Below are positions 25,361 through 39,096 of a stretch of 64,000 nt of DNA, piece by piece. The position numbers and the translations under genes were made by a program. The stretch comes from Paecilomyces variotii. Its lineage: Eukaryota. The stretch lies in NCBI GenBank assembly GCA_004022145.1, contig RCNU01000012.1; one strand, written 5' to 3'. Every line of letters starts with the position of its first letter. Within the stretch, counting starts at the first letter, position 1. The notes beneath the pieces are model-generated. The model was given only the letters and a program-made list of their open reading frames with translations, had not been told where the DNA came from and did no database searches.

Positions 25361-25958
25361 AATGGCGGATACTATCTGTGGTGAAGCTCACAAAGCAAAG
25401 TATGCGAAGTCTTTGATGTTGCTGTCTCTCTCAGATTTCTTCTCCGGATCCACCGAAGCTGCCGCACCAATTAACTAGTGCCTCCGCTAAGAAACTGTCC
25501 GATTGGTATCAAGATTATCAACTGTATACATTCTATCAATAGCTACTTACCTTCAGTTTATAAATTTGTGTGGCCAAAATTTCTGTTATTGAATGGAGGA
25601 CTAACTTAGCAAGAGAGCCACCGAAATACTCCCTTTGAGACTTCCCAAGCATAAATCTTTGTCATGGAAGTAGATACAGCGACTATAATTCTGGTACTAT
25701 TGATAGTTTTGTCTTCAATACCAGTGAACAATAGCGATACTAGGTGTATAGGCTAGGTAATTAATAATACATGCACCGCGCTCCTGCAGATGATATCTCC
25801 AGCTCTTTGAAGGAGCCTCTGCGTATTGCATTAGGTTATGTTACAATCGCCTACATGCGTATTGTTCTAGGAGCTGTTCGGGCCTCTACAGATAACTTGC
25901 CATACTATTGTTTGTAATTGAGGTGGTCACCTGAAAACTTGAGATTTGCATGGCATCC

Positions 25959-27440
25959 TTATTTCTGTATGTCCTCCTTGCGCAGGTAGCTAGGTATCTT
26001 CTCGCCAGCACGCCATTTATATTGGCTTCCAGGATGGTCTTCCGGTAGTCTCCTAGATCCAATAAAGACTTCTCTTGCTGTCGCACCCTCCTTGGCTACT
26101 TTGCTCCGGAAACGTCCCCGCTTCCGCAGCTCTGGCAGTAGGTATTCAATAATGTCTTCAAAGGTGCCTGGATTGGTGATATGGGCTAGGTTGAACCCAT
26201 CGACTCCCGAAACCTCTACCCAACGCTCAAGCTCATCTGCAACAGTCGACGGACTACCAATGACCTTTGCTTGGAGCCCACCAACGCTGATATATTCGGC
26301 AATTCGTTTCTTAGTCCATGGGAGGTTATCAGTACCGGGGACTGTAGCAGACCATCGCCGCACAATGGACTGAACGCGTGGAGAATCACTCAACCTGAAG
26401 TCCTCATCATCGGCGTAGCCCGATAGGTCAACTCCTGTCCATCCGCCAAAAAGCGCCAGGGCACCCTCCTGATTGGCATATCCTAGGTATTCTTCCCGCT
26501 TGGCTTTGGCTTCTTCATCGGTAGCGGCCACAATCACATTGATTCCAAGAATCACTTTAATGTGATTCGGATCCCGCCCTTCCTTCTTTGCGACATTGCG
26601 AATATTATCCACGGTCACCCGAGCAACCTCCGGAGTTTGGCCACCGATAAAGATTGCTTCTCCATGTTTTCCTCCAAACCCATTACCAGCCTCTGAAACA
26701 CCGGCCTGGAACAAGAAGGGAGTGCGCTGTGGAGAGGGCTCACAGAAATGTGGCCCTGGAACCTGGAAATACTTCCCTTGATGATGAATCTGTAGCACGG
26801 CATCACTGGCGATGTACGTTCCACGTTCTCGATCTGCTAAGACGGCATCGTCGCGGAAGCTCCCCTCCCAGAGTTTGTAGAGCACCTCCATATACTCATG
26901 CGCAATCGCATATCGCTCGTCATGCGGAATTTGCTCATTCAGTCCGTGATTTCGCGCAGCACTGTCGAGATAGGATGTGACAATATTCCAGGCGACGCGT
27001 CCCTCACTGAGATGGTCCACCGTGGAAAGCCTTCGAGCCAAGGCGTATGGCTTCTCGTAAGTCAGGCTTGCAGTGACCCCGAAAATCAGATTTTTTGTTG
27101 CCGCTGCCATTGCAGGCACCAGATACAATGGGTCGTTAACGGGGAATTGTGCTCCTGCTGCTAAGGCGGGCACGACATTTGCAGGACCCTTATAAACATC
27201 ATATGGACCCAAAGTATCCGCGATGAACATGGCATGAAAACCGGCATTGTCGAGTAATCGTGCTAAGTCGGTCCAAAAAGAGAGTTTCTTGTACTGATCG
27301 GTTTTGTTTCTCGGATGGCGCCATAATCCCGGGGCCAAGTGCCCAGGAGTGTTCATCTCAAAGGCATTCAGAATGAATTCTTTCTTTTCACCAGGGCTGC
27401 CCGCATCCGTCGCTGGCGCACTACGACTGCTATCGGCCAT
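25959..27440 (-). CDS. FMNH2-dependent luciferase-like monooxygenase, DszA/SoxA/NtaA family; intronless
   Basis: GLWRHP, FIAD, STVDHLSEGRVAWNIVTS, PSPQRTPFLFQAG, GVDGFN and LLPELRKRG in a 493 aa single ORF. Confidence 0.92.
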   Translation of the reverse strand: MADSSRSAPATDAGSPGEKKEFILNAFEMNTPGHLAPGLWRHPRNKTDQYKKLSFWTDLARLLDNAGFHAMFIADTLGPYDVYKGPANVVPALAAGAQFPVNDPLYLVPAMAAATKNLIFGVTASLTYEKPYALARRLSTVDHLSEGRVAWNIVTSYLDSAARNHGLNEQIPHDERYAIAHEYMEVLYKLWEGSFRDDAVLADRERGTYIASDAVLQIHHQGKYFQVPGPHFCEPSPQRTPFLFQAGVSEAGNGFGGKHGEAIFIGGQTPEVARVTVDNIRNVAKKEGRDPNHIKVILGINVIVAATDEEAKAKREEYLGYANQEGALALFGGWTGVDLSGYADDEDFRLSDSPRVQSIVRRWSATVPGTDNLPWTKKRIAEYISVGGLQAKVIGSPSTVADELERWVEVSGVDGFNLAHITNPGTFEDIIEYLLPELRKRGRFRSKVAKEGATAREVFIGSRRLPEDHPGSQYKWRAGEKIPSYLRKEDIQK

Positions 27441-27979
27441 GCTGTTTACAACGCTGGGGTCGACCTTTTGAAGGCTAGGTGAATAGCAGATGGTGGCAAT
27501 CTGGGAAAGAATCGGGATGTCAACGTTGATAAGTAAGCACCAGTCGAGTTTCGATTTCCTTGTTAGAAAAGACCAATTAACTATTTATGCCTGTCCCGTG
27601 GTATATTTAACATATTCGGACCCCTGCCAGGATGACCACTACTGAACGTGCGCAACTTTATGTTCCTTTCAGAGAGCTTTCTTGTTGGCCGCTCACCATC
27701 GTCATACTAGGCTTATTGCACGCCATTCTACCCCACTATCAACCATTCAGTTAACTTCAGGGTACCGTGTCTCGATTATTATTTCCATTATCTTGGCAAG
27801 AGGTTTTAGTTCCTCAGACGGACTGGAAATAAAATCAGAACGTGTTCACGGCTATTTGTTAGTGATGCTGTCTTATCTAGACTGTAGATGGCCATGGGTT
27901 CTAGCCCAGCACGCCATTCTGTATAACGCCATCACTGACAGCTACGACGTGACGGTTTAAGTGGCTCGGTACAGCTTCT

Positions 27980-28000
27980 CTGTCGGAAACGTTCCGACAG
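27980..28000. promoter_or_regulatory. Perfect inverted repeat CTGTCGGAA-ACG-TTCCGACAG (CGG-N7-CCG), candidate Zn2Cys6 site
   Basis: 9-bp arms with a 3-nt spacer in the divergent promoter between the monooxygenase and the transporter. Confidence 0.45.
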
Positions 28001-28208
28001 TGATTGACAAGTTAGTTTCGAGATTAAAAAACAACTCTGTCTCTGAGGGGAAAAAAGTTCATATGTCATAAACATAAATTCGCTGACTTTCCCATACTCG
28101 ATGCAACGCTATCGATGACCAATTCACCACACTTTTATTGAGACTGAGGCTGATATATCGGAAGTATTTCTCTCTTTACTTAACTTTCCAGACCGAGCAG
28201 AAACTACC

Positions 28209-30553
28209 ATGTCTGCACAATTAGGTGCAGAGGGTCTACAATTGATCCCTCAAGGGACAGCCTATGGCTTGCTTATAGGTCTAGGTGTACTATTCTGTGC
28301 TGTCATTTTGGTTGCTATCAAGATCCAAAAAGCTTATCTATCCGAGGATTCTGGTACCTCGGAGATGTTTATGGTTGCGAATCGATGGGTTGGGACAGGG
28401 TTAACAGCATCAGCGGTGTTCTCGTCATGGATGTGGATCAATGAGACCGTTTTAGCTGCAGCGATGTGCTATAGATACGGATTAGCAGTCCCTTTAGTCA
28501 GTATCCCATCCATTCGTTTGGTATTTCGCCTCACTTCATGACAAAGTGCTAATTATTCACAAGTGGTGGGGATCAGGCCTCTGCTTCCAAATCGCCTTGA
28601 TGGCGGCACTGGGAGTCATGGCTAAAATAAAGGTCCCATATGCCCGCACATCACTCGAAATTATACGTATGCGATACGGCAAAATTGGGCATATTATATT
28701 CATCATACTAAATCTCACAAACAACGTTTTCGGATGTGCTTCAATGATTCTGACGGGCTCCCAACTTATCTACGGGGTGTCGGGCATGAACTTTGTAGCA
28801 GCAACTATCCTTATTCCTCTCGGAGGTAAGTCTTGCTAGAAATTCTTCCAATTTTCCGAAGAAGGAACGTAACTAAAACTATGGTGTCTGTCTTCCTTAG
28901 TGGTTCTTTACACGGCAGTAGGGGGCCTCAAGGCAACTTTTCTCACCGACTTCCTTCATACCGCCGTTGCTTTGATCCTAATCATATACTTCACGCTTTC
29001 TGTCCTAACTCATCCTGCAATTGGAGGACTGGGCGGTCTATATGACAAAGTGGTCGCTACTGCTAGCCAAAACTATATTCCAGGGAACTACGAAGGTTCT
29101 CTACTCACGATGAAATCTAAGAATGCAATCATATGGGGCCTGATCCTGAAATTTGGAAATCTGGCTCTTGTTGTCATGGTAGGTGCTCCATGCCCCCCTG
29201 GAAATTCATTGGATTTAGTTGCGGCCGATAACTGACCGTCATCAACAGGATACTGCATTCTGGCAGAAGTCCTTCGCCACTGAAGTCAAGGCTACAGTTC
29301 CAGGATACAACATCGCCGCGATAGCCGTCTTCGGTATTCCATGGGGTTTGGGGACTGTTATCGGTCTAGCTGCCAGAGCCCTGCATAATACGCCCATCTT
29401 TCCCACGTACCCAGGTCCTATCACTGAGGCGGAGGTCAACTCCGGCATGGTTATGCCTTACCTCGTTAAAGCCCTCATTGGTGATAAAGGACTAGTGGCT
29501 TTCTTTGTTTTGTTATTTATGGCTCTAACAAGTACAGTGTCGTCCTCAATGATTGCCGTGAGTAGCATTCTGTCATTTGATGTCTACAAGACCTACATCA
29601 ACCCGAAGACATCAGATAAGAGACTCGTCGGCGTGAGTCATATTACAGTCGTCCTCCATGCGATTTTCATCACCGGCATCTCGATAGCCATGAACTATGG
29701 TGGCGCTAACATGACCTGGATCGGCTACTTGAGGCCCATCATCTCGTGTCCTGGCATTATTCCTTTAGGTCTCACATTATTCTGGTCGGGCCAGACAAGG
29801 CTCGCAGCAATACTGTCACCTGTCCTCGGCTTCTTCACTGGCCTTGCTATTTGGTTGGCTACGGCGAAATCGATATATGGTGCCGTTAATATGACCACCA
29901 CCCAGCAAGGTGTTCCTGCGCTTTACGGAGCCATTGGGTCGTTTTTCTCCCCCGCTCTATACTCGGTCATCATATCCCTCTATAAACCGTACAAATTCGA
30001 TTGGCAGGAGTTCCTTCGAATTGAAATTGTCGAGGACGCGCAACTACACGCAACTCCCTCATCAGCCGCTAACTATACAAAGAGGGATGGCATCGTGGAA
30101 GAGAAAGCTGTTGATGATTCTATTCGCCGCATAGCCGGGGATGCCCGTCTAGAAGCTGTCGAGCCAAATGACCCTGAGCACGGTCATGGAACTTATGAAA
30201 AGACTTTAGTTTCTGCAACCTCCTCTTCGGCAAAGCTTAGTCTGGATGACGTTCGCCATCCATTCGATGACAGAACATTGAAAGAACTATACCGATGGTT
30301 GCGTATCTCCTGGATCATATTTGTTCTAATTGTCCTGGTCACGTTCATTCTCTGGCCGATGCCGCTTTACCGGAATTATATCTTCACCAAATCATTCTTC
30401 TCGGGTTGGACAACTGTGGCCATAATATGGCAATTTGGTGCCTTTTTCGCAGTTGTTATATTTCCTCTCTATGATGGACGACACGCAATCGCGAAAGGTG
30501 CAAGAGGTGTCTGGAATTCATCCAAGAAATATCTTCGCAAAGATGAGGAGTAG
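28209..30553 (+). CDS. Sodium:solute symporter family, DUR3-like urea/polyamine transporter
   Basis: EMFMVANR, GLTASAVFSSW, YTAVGGLKATFLTDFLHT, DTAFWQK and FMALTSTVSSSMIAVSSILSFDVYKTYINP. Three introns. Confidence 0.88.
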
Positions 30554-31325
30554 GAATACAGTACCCAAGACGATATACCTATCCTATCACGAATTTTATA
30601 TAGACGAGTATAGATAGATAGAAACAAACATTTATGTGAGAGTCCTTACCGCAGATATAAGTTGGCGTTACCAAGTACAATTATATCAATTTTCGAGCGA
30701 ATGCACGGGACATAGCGGAGGTTCCACGGTTTAAATGAGGCCAACAGTCTTTTAACGTTCGTCAGAATAATAGTCAAGTGCCTCGGCTCATCATGAAAAT
30801 AGAAGGTAGCTTGTCATATCACCGTTTCGTGCCCACCATGTTTAGGAGCTGACAGCCTGGCGCGCCGCAATAAGGCTCCGTGCGAGAAATAGTGAACCGA
30901 TTGGTCACTCCGCGAATTGTACGTGCAAGTCAAAGTCCATCATTGGATGTTCTTTTCTTACCAAGCATGTCAGCAGAGTTAATACAACCCAACATCGCGA
31001 CAACAGACCATTCAGCAAAGGAATGTGTCAGATTCAGGCAGACCAAAGAGGAGAATTATCCTTTGTGGTCGAGTTCTCCTCTTTGGTCGACGCCAATAGA
31101 ACGGGCCGATATGGCGCATCTCAATCTACTGTAGTGTAATCACACATGGCTTCCAATATGATTCGACCTGTCACAATGAGGCGGGCCACGCCGAATTGGT
31201 GCCACCAGTCTACTGCGGGAAATGTTTTAAATTCTGATTTCGAACACGTTAAGTAGTTCTCTTACCTAACAAACTGCTGGTATCTATTCGTGCTCACAAA
31301 CAAATCACCACAACGAGCCATAAAC

Positions 31326-32359
31326 ATGACATCACAAGCCGCAATAATTGAAGTTGATGATGGACGTGAGAATGATTCTGCAATCGGTGATAGCGACATT
31401 TCGTCGTGCACTACATCCATCGCATCAAGCGTCTTAAACTATGTCTACGAGAATGGTCGCCGCTACCATAGCTTTCGAGAAGGACAATACCTATTTCCCA
31501 ATGACGAGACTGAACAAGACCGGCTGGACATGCTTCACCATATCTTTCGACTCATGTTGGGGGGTGAACTTTACAAGGCTCCGCTACCTACATCCCCGCG
31601 ACGGATTTTGGACTATGGGACAGGTACAGGAATCTACGCGATAGATCTTGCCGATACATTCCCTAGTGCGGAAGTCATAGGAATAGATCTCAGTCCAATC
31701 CAACCACAGTTGTATGTATACCCAGCATCATTATACATGACAAACGCTGAGGATATTGCTTTTGCAGCGTCCCTCCGAATTGCAAATTTATCGTCGACGA
31801 TGTCGAAGCAGACTGGACGTATTCCGAGAAATTCGACTACATTCACCAGCGAAACATGGTAGGCAGCATCTCAGATTGGGATGAGCTCTTTCAGCAGGCA
31901 TACAAGTGGACAAATCCAGGTGGATATATTGAACTGCAGGAGTTCCGAGTCTGGTTTCATTCGCAGAATGATAGCCTCCCGGAAGCTTCTAGTATCAACC
32001 GTTGGCAGCGCATCTTGCTGGATGGAACCAAGTCTTTGGGAATGCCCATCAACATCATTGAAGAATTAGGAGATAAATTAAAGGCGGCTGGGTATACAGA
32101 CCTCCATGAACATGTGTTGAGAATCCCCATAGGAGCTTGGCCCAAGAACAAGTCCCTCAAGGAAATAGGCACTTTCATGCAAGCCCATGCAATAGAGTCT
32201 GTGGAACCGCTGACGCTGGCTCTATTTACTCGACATCTGGGGTGGACGGAAATGGAGTCTCGTATTTTCATCAAGAAGGTTTGTGATGAATTCAAAGATA
32301 CAAAGAAGCAGTTTTATGTACATGCTCATTTTATCTATGCACAAAAGCCGACTGCTTGA
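31326..32359 (+). CDS. SAM-dependent methyltransferase (LaeA-like/UMTA-type family)
   Basis: YENGRRYH, PNDETEQDRLD, ILDYGTGTGI, GIDLSPIQP, PGGYIELQE and PIGAWPK. One intron near 31712-31767. Confidence 0.9.
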
Positions 32360-33018
32360 GGACTCGAAGATGTTTCCTTTGTGCTGTGATTCTCCCGGTG
32401 AATATTTCTCAAATCTGCCCGCTATTCTCAACATTTATTGCCATTTTCAGCGTTTTGGGCGTTCTGAGCGCTAAAAAATATCTAATACCACTCCCAAGTT
32501 ATCCACAGAAAGCGTGAGTGAGAGCGTGGAGGTAGATTGGTGACGAATTCAGAGTTATTGTAGCGAACTAAGTAGTCTGGCTTGTTCCCATAATATCGGG
32601 GAGTCAGTGTTCTACCCTCTCCATCTGTTCTCTGTATCTCGTATACGTATCGTAGACGATAGTCGTCTCTATCTTTCTGCCGTACTAACGAAGAACATTG
32701 GCCGATTCGCCTTGTTCCAACGAAGACATCAATCGACCCATGGATCGCGACCTACAGATAGCATCCCTCAGAGAAACTTCAATTGGATACGTCCCAATTG
32801 TTCTGTTGCTGTCATACCTACACGAGTGGTCGCTGATTTCCACCCATGTGAAATGTACTGTTCCCTCAGAAGTGCTCATAAGACAGGTTAGCAAGCTATA
32901 TACTAGTGTTAACCAGGAAACAGTTATCAAAATTCACCCATGTGTCAAGCTCCAATCATCTCAACTCGATCTAGTAGACAAAATAACTGACTGAACTAGA
33001 TACTAACTGCGCATTCTG

Positions 33019-33672
33019 TCAATGTTCCACCGATAACTGGGGAAATATCTTGTCAAAGTTATGCTCATTCCAATAGACTCTAGGACAGACGCCAGCGAGC
33101 TTCCAACAACCATCGATCTTTTTATACCAATGCTTTACGCATGCGTGTCCATGTCCTTTTTCATCTACCACCGTGTGGTCCAGGTTTGCATAGCGCTGAT
33201 GGGCGGCACGAATCTGGTGATGACCCACGATTTCCGTTTCAGAAACTCGCTCGTATTTCGCGGCCCCCATCAAATGCTGGGTACGGACAAGCGGGTCGCC
33301 GAGGAGCTTGGGAGATCTGATCATTTCAACGAACTCTTCCGCTGGCATTTCGGGGATGCAGTCATGGCCAATGATGCTGTAGTCGACCTAGAAGAAGCTT
33401 AAGCCAAGTCGTCATACATTTAAGGTAGAAAGAATCTGAAGGGAAATATATACCATCATTGTAGGTGCAAGAACATTCCGTAGTCGATCCCAGTCCTACA
33501 GGATGTTAGGTCAATCGCAAGACGATCCGAGATGTATCACCTTAGTGTCGTAGCTATCTGCCCACTCGAAGACTATGGCGGTAATAGCAAGGTAATCTAG
33601 AAGAGCTCAGTGATTCTAGGATAAATACTCGTCCTGCAAGGGAGCAATACCTTCAAACTGAATCTGTTCCAT
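33019..33672 (-). CDS. Scytalone dehydratase-like (NTF2-fold) protein
   Basis: Spliced: MEQIQFE/DYLAITAIVFEWADSYDTK/DWDRLRNVLAPTMM/VDYS...LLGDPLVRTQHLMGA...QIRAAHQRY...HWYKKIDGCWKLAG. Confidence 0.85.
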
Positions 33673-34820
33673 CTCGGAATGTCTATCTACCAAGGAGGAA
33701 AACGAGTTGCGGTTTCAGAGTTCAAAGGGTAATCGAAACAAGTCGTCTAGTTTACTATTGTGGTATTAAATAGCGGAAGAAGACAGCGGAAGAGCCTCAA
33801 CACATCGAGGTATTTATCGGGCTCGCTACTTGCTGACCCCCTGCTGGGTGATTTCTTTGCCTGATCCCATGCACTAAGGCCCAGCGCAGTACTTATACGA
33901 AGACAGCCTTGCCGCCGCCCCCTCCCTCAACACCCCCGGCCCCTCTAGTAGAGAGGTGCTTGAAAGTTTCCAATTATTCGGCTCAAAGGAGTTTGCAGAA
34001 CTCTTTAGGGTTATTAAATTCTATCCAAGATGTGAACCTGCTAAGTAACCTAGACGCAGCAAAAGCCCACTGGGAGGCCGCGGACAACTGGCCAATGTCG
34101 CCGCTGTTTGCTTAAATCGCTTCTAGGATCATGGTTTGTATATAATTCCATGGCTTAGCACGTCCCCATACTTACCCCACGGGAAGTCACCGTGCCCCGC
34201 CGACGTCAATTAATAATACTGCTACTACTAACTACTTTATGCCAGGTCATGCCGGAGTCAACTACCGAGGTAGAGATATTCCGGGCTCTTATTGCGTCCC
34301 CAAGAGCAGATAAGCTTCGCCTCCTCATGATTATATCTGCAGTGATGGCAATGCGAAGTCCCCTTGGGATGATTGCAGGGCACGAAATCGACGTTGTACA
34401 GGACGTTGCACGTGGAGCTGGCATAAATAGGGCCCGAAGCGGAGTATAAAATGGAATAAGGCGACCAACTAAACAACCAACCAACTATATCAGGACGCCT
34501 CGTCATACTTTAAGGCGTCTCACTGATAAGACGTTTAGTTCTATTTCTCGACAAGAATAATAGTTGCTAGATATTCTCCTAGGCTTTGGCTTCTGTTCAT
34601 GAGGTTATGTCTGCAGATACTTTCTGAGAGGTGCATTCCAATAAATCGCTTTTAAAATTCATAAAACATTGACATTTCACTTTTTTTGCTTTTTTGTAAT
34701 TCAAAACTCGCAGATCCCATATGGGACGCCCTAGAAGTGAAAGAAAACTAAGATAGGGAACCAGCCAATGGAAGTTATTGTTCTCGCTCGTGGATTTTTA
34801 GGTCGAATCCACTATACTAA

Positions 34821-36332
<1,512 letters not shown>

Positions 36333-36908
36333 GTGATATATCTCGTGCGGCTATCGAAGTTAGAAGGAAACAAACAATATATGTATCCGTCTTTTTCTAA
36401 CATTTGAAGAAAAAACCTCTGTAGAGAAACCGCATAGAATAATGGCAAGTAAGAAATACTTAGGCATAGCACATTCGTAGAAAATTGCCATAATATAAAC
36501 AGCCCCGCTCCATCGACTTGAACATCTCACCATACGAATAAAGGCATCTATCAAAGAGAAAAATCCATACTAACACATTTAGGGAGGTCCATGTGAGCGA
36601 GGAATAAGATAACCTAGTCTAGTTTTCCTGAAGTGCACATTCAGGTTGGCTGCATTTACAGAAGTTTTCACGTTGACGTTCAGGCGGCGCTCGAAAGTTG
36701 GCTCCTGACAGGTTGTTGTTCTTCCCTAATATAATTCCACCTTGGTGATTGAGGTTGAAAACCTCAACAGGATCGCAATCAAAAAGTTTAGTATTTTGAA
36801 AGGAATATTACGTAGCCACTGCCACACCTGTACCGATTATCTCTACCGAGGTGAAGACGATCACTATAGTCATTCATCTTCCTAGAGAAGCTCCGTTGGA
36901 TATGCTCC

Positions 36909-38351
36909 TCACACCGATCTCTTTCTGATACGTGGTAGAACGCCCCAGCATCCTTCCATTGCCACAAACAGTCCGATACAGATAGGATGGAGGAGAAACG
37001 TTCCTACCTTCTGTGCTAGAAGACCTGTCGCCAAAGGCGCTACTGCACCCCCACTGCTACCCAAGGCACTAATAAAACTCAGACTAGACATCTGAATGTT
37101 TCGAGGGAGCAGTTTAGTAAATACCGCCGCTGCACAAGGGAATATAGGACCCAGGAGCAAACCAACAATGGCCACTGCGACAGCTTCACCGATCAAGTTT
37201 GGAACTAGCCAAACAATAAGCTGAAACCCGAGGGCACCAGCAATGGCCATGACAACAAAGAATTTCTCCCCCAATCGCTGCGCTGGGTGCGAGAGGAGGA
37301 ATCGTCCTACCGTAATACCGGCCCAGAAACCAGCACTCACGTAACCCACATCTGCAAGATTGCCATGACGGTAGGTGACCAGGAACGAAACGATCCATCC
37401 TGAAATCGAGACTTCTGCACCCTGGTAGGCGAATATGAAGAGGGCCCCAAGGATCGTGACGCGGTTCTTGATTCCTCTGAAGGTGCCAGCATGGGAGTGA
37501 TCTTCGGTATGGGGATCAGAAGACGATCGTGACATCCGCATAGCAGCCAGTTCATTCTCATAACCTCTGAATGTCCAACTCGCCAACGCAGTGTTGATGA
37601 CGGCCATTCCCAACGTTATGAAGTAGAATGGTGACCACTTCCCAGTATGAGATGCAATTGCTGTTGCCATCAGCGGGCCCAAAGTGCCACCAATGCCATA
37701 ACTGCCGTGGAGAAGTCCCAGCGCAACCGTTCCATTCGCCAGATTCGCACAGAAGACGTTACTCAACGCCAATGCAGTCGCGAGTCCGAACCCAATGGGC
37801 AAGAACGCAATCACAACGACAGGGAAAGGAGGCGTACAGACCAAAGCGAGAAAGGCCGCACAGATTGCAACCTCCGCAACCATGTATGTGCGCGCTCGGC
37901 CGAGACGTCGCTCGAGGATATGGGTACACGGAGCAGCAGCGAGAAAGCCAACCGCATTGGCAACGAAAATCAAGGATACGAGAGCGTAGCCAATATTATA
38001 TTTCTTTTCGATGTAGGGAATCAGAGCTCCTGGAGCACTATCGTTGAGCCCACCAGCAAAATTTATCAGACTGACGCTTAGAACGCGGTATCTATTGATC
38101 GCGGGGTTCGAGATGCTTGGCAGGATGATAGATGCTTCGTTTCTTCGAGAGTCTGAAGCCAGATCTTCGATCTCGAGTTGCTGTGCTGGAAAGTCTTCCG
38201 CTGGCCTGTCTGTAACACAGATTGCGACATCAATTGCTCCTGTTGCATGTCCACCAGCGTTTGTTTCTACGTCCATGCTGACCGCTGCATCATTGCCGTA
38301 GCGGTCAGACTCACGAACGGCCTCGACTGCTGAAGACCGGATAGCAGCCAT
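36909..38351 (-). CDS. MFS transporter (Bsc6/fucose-permease-like); intronless
   Basis: 480 aa with about 12 TM segments. GLNDSAPGALIPYIE, LHGSYGIGGTLGP, YQGAEVSISGW and FWAGITVGR. Confidence 0.9.
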   Translation of the reverse strand: MAAIRSSAVEAVRESDRYGNDAAVSMDVETNAGGHATGAIDVAICVTDRPAEDFPAQQLEIEDLASDSRRNEASIILPSISNPAINRYRVLSVSLINFAGGLNDSAPGALIPYIEKKYNIGYALVSLIFVANAVGFLAAAPCTHILERRLGRARTYMVAEVAICAAFLALVCTPPFPVVVIAFLPIGFGLATALALSNVFCANLANGTVALGLLHGSYGIGGTLGPLMATAIASHTGKWSPFYFITLGMAVINTALASWTFRGYENELAAMRMSRSSSDPHTEDHSHAGTFRGIKNRVTILGALFIFAYQGAEVSISGWIVSFLVTYRHGNLADVGYVSAGFWAGITVGRFLLSHPAQRLGEKFFVVMAIAGALGFQLIVWLVPNLIGEAVAVAIVGLLLGPIFPCAAAVFTKLLPRNIQMSSLSFISALGSSGGAVAPLATGLLAQKVGTFLLHPICIGLFVAMEGCWGVLPRIRKRSV

Positions 38352-39096
38352 TTTGGACCGGCGTATTGCTTTGAGGATAGGCTAATTGCATCATAAATGA
38401 GAATCATAGTTGAATCAAAACTTCTTCACTCTGGAGGATAACTAACTGGTAATATTTCCACAACTGATCCATCATTATTATTACCCCGCATCCCCAGATG
38501 ATTATTAATGCTAGATAGTGTAGATCTTGTATTATTATCCGGGCATTAAGATCCAACATTCCGCCCTCTCATGACTAGACGGTGTGTTTTTGCAATAGCT
38601 CGATGGCTTTCCCTTATCGTCCGATTAGGTTTGCATAATAGCAATACTTGCATAGTCGCTTGTGAGATTAGGCTAATCGTAACTTGGAGAGAAAAGAGCG
38701 TACAGTATCATCCATGACTGTCTCAAGTATCTTCTTAAGCAAGAATAAGTTTAAGAAGAAAAAGATCCTGCTTTCATTACAACAATAAAAAAGCAAGAGA
38801 CCTCGCGAGACGGGCAAATAAGCACAAATCTCGACCTTTGCTTACTATTTAGTGCCCGAATTCTTATCTATCAAAACGGGATTAGATACGGTTTCTGCTC
38901 CGGGAAATGGCGGGGCGTCTCTGTCCAAGCGAAAAAACGTTAATTACTTGACTGACTTGCGCGGAGAATTGAATTGACCGATGAAACATCTCTCACAATC
39001 GACCGATGGCATTATATGGACAACCAAGAATACCAGAAAACCTCAGGATAAAACTCTCAATTGCTCTCTCTTCCAAACCACCTACACTCCCCCACC

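Noticed and set aside
27960-28900. TPP riboswitch, as found in some fungal DUR31-type transporter genes
   Set aside because: I could not find the conserved aptamer elements (CTGAGA together with GATAAT..CAGCG) in the leader or introns. An Infernal search would settle it.
34799-34811. tRNA B-box-like GGTCGAATCC
   Set aside because: Imperfect match with no surrounding cloverleaf stems.
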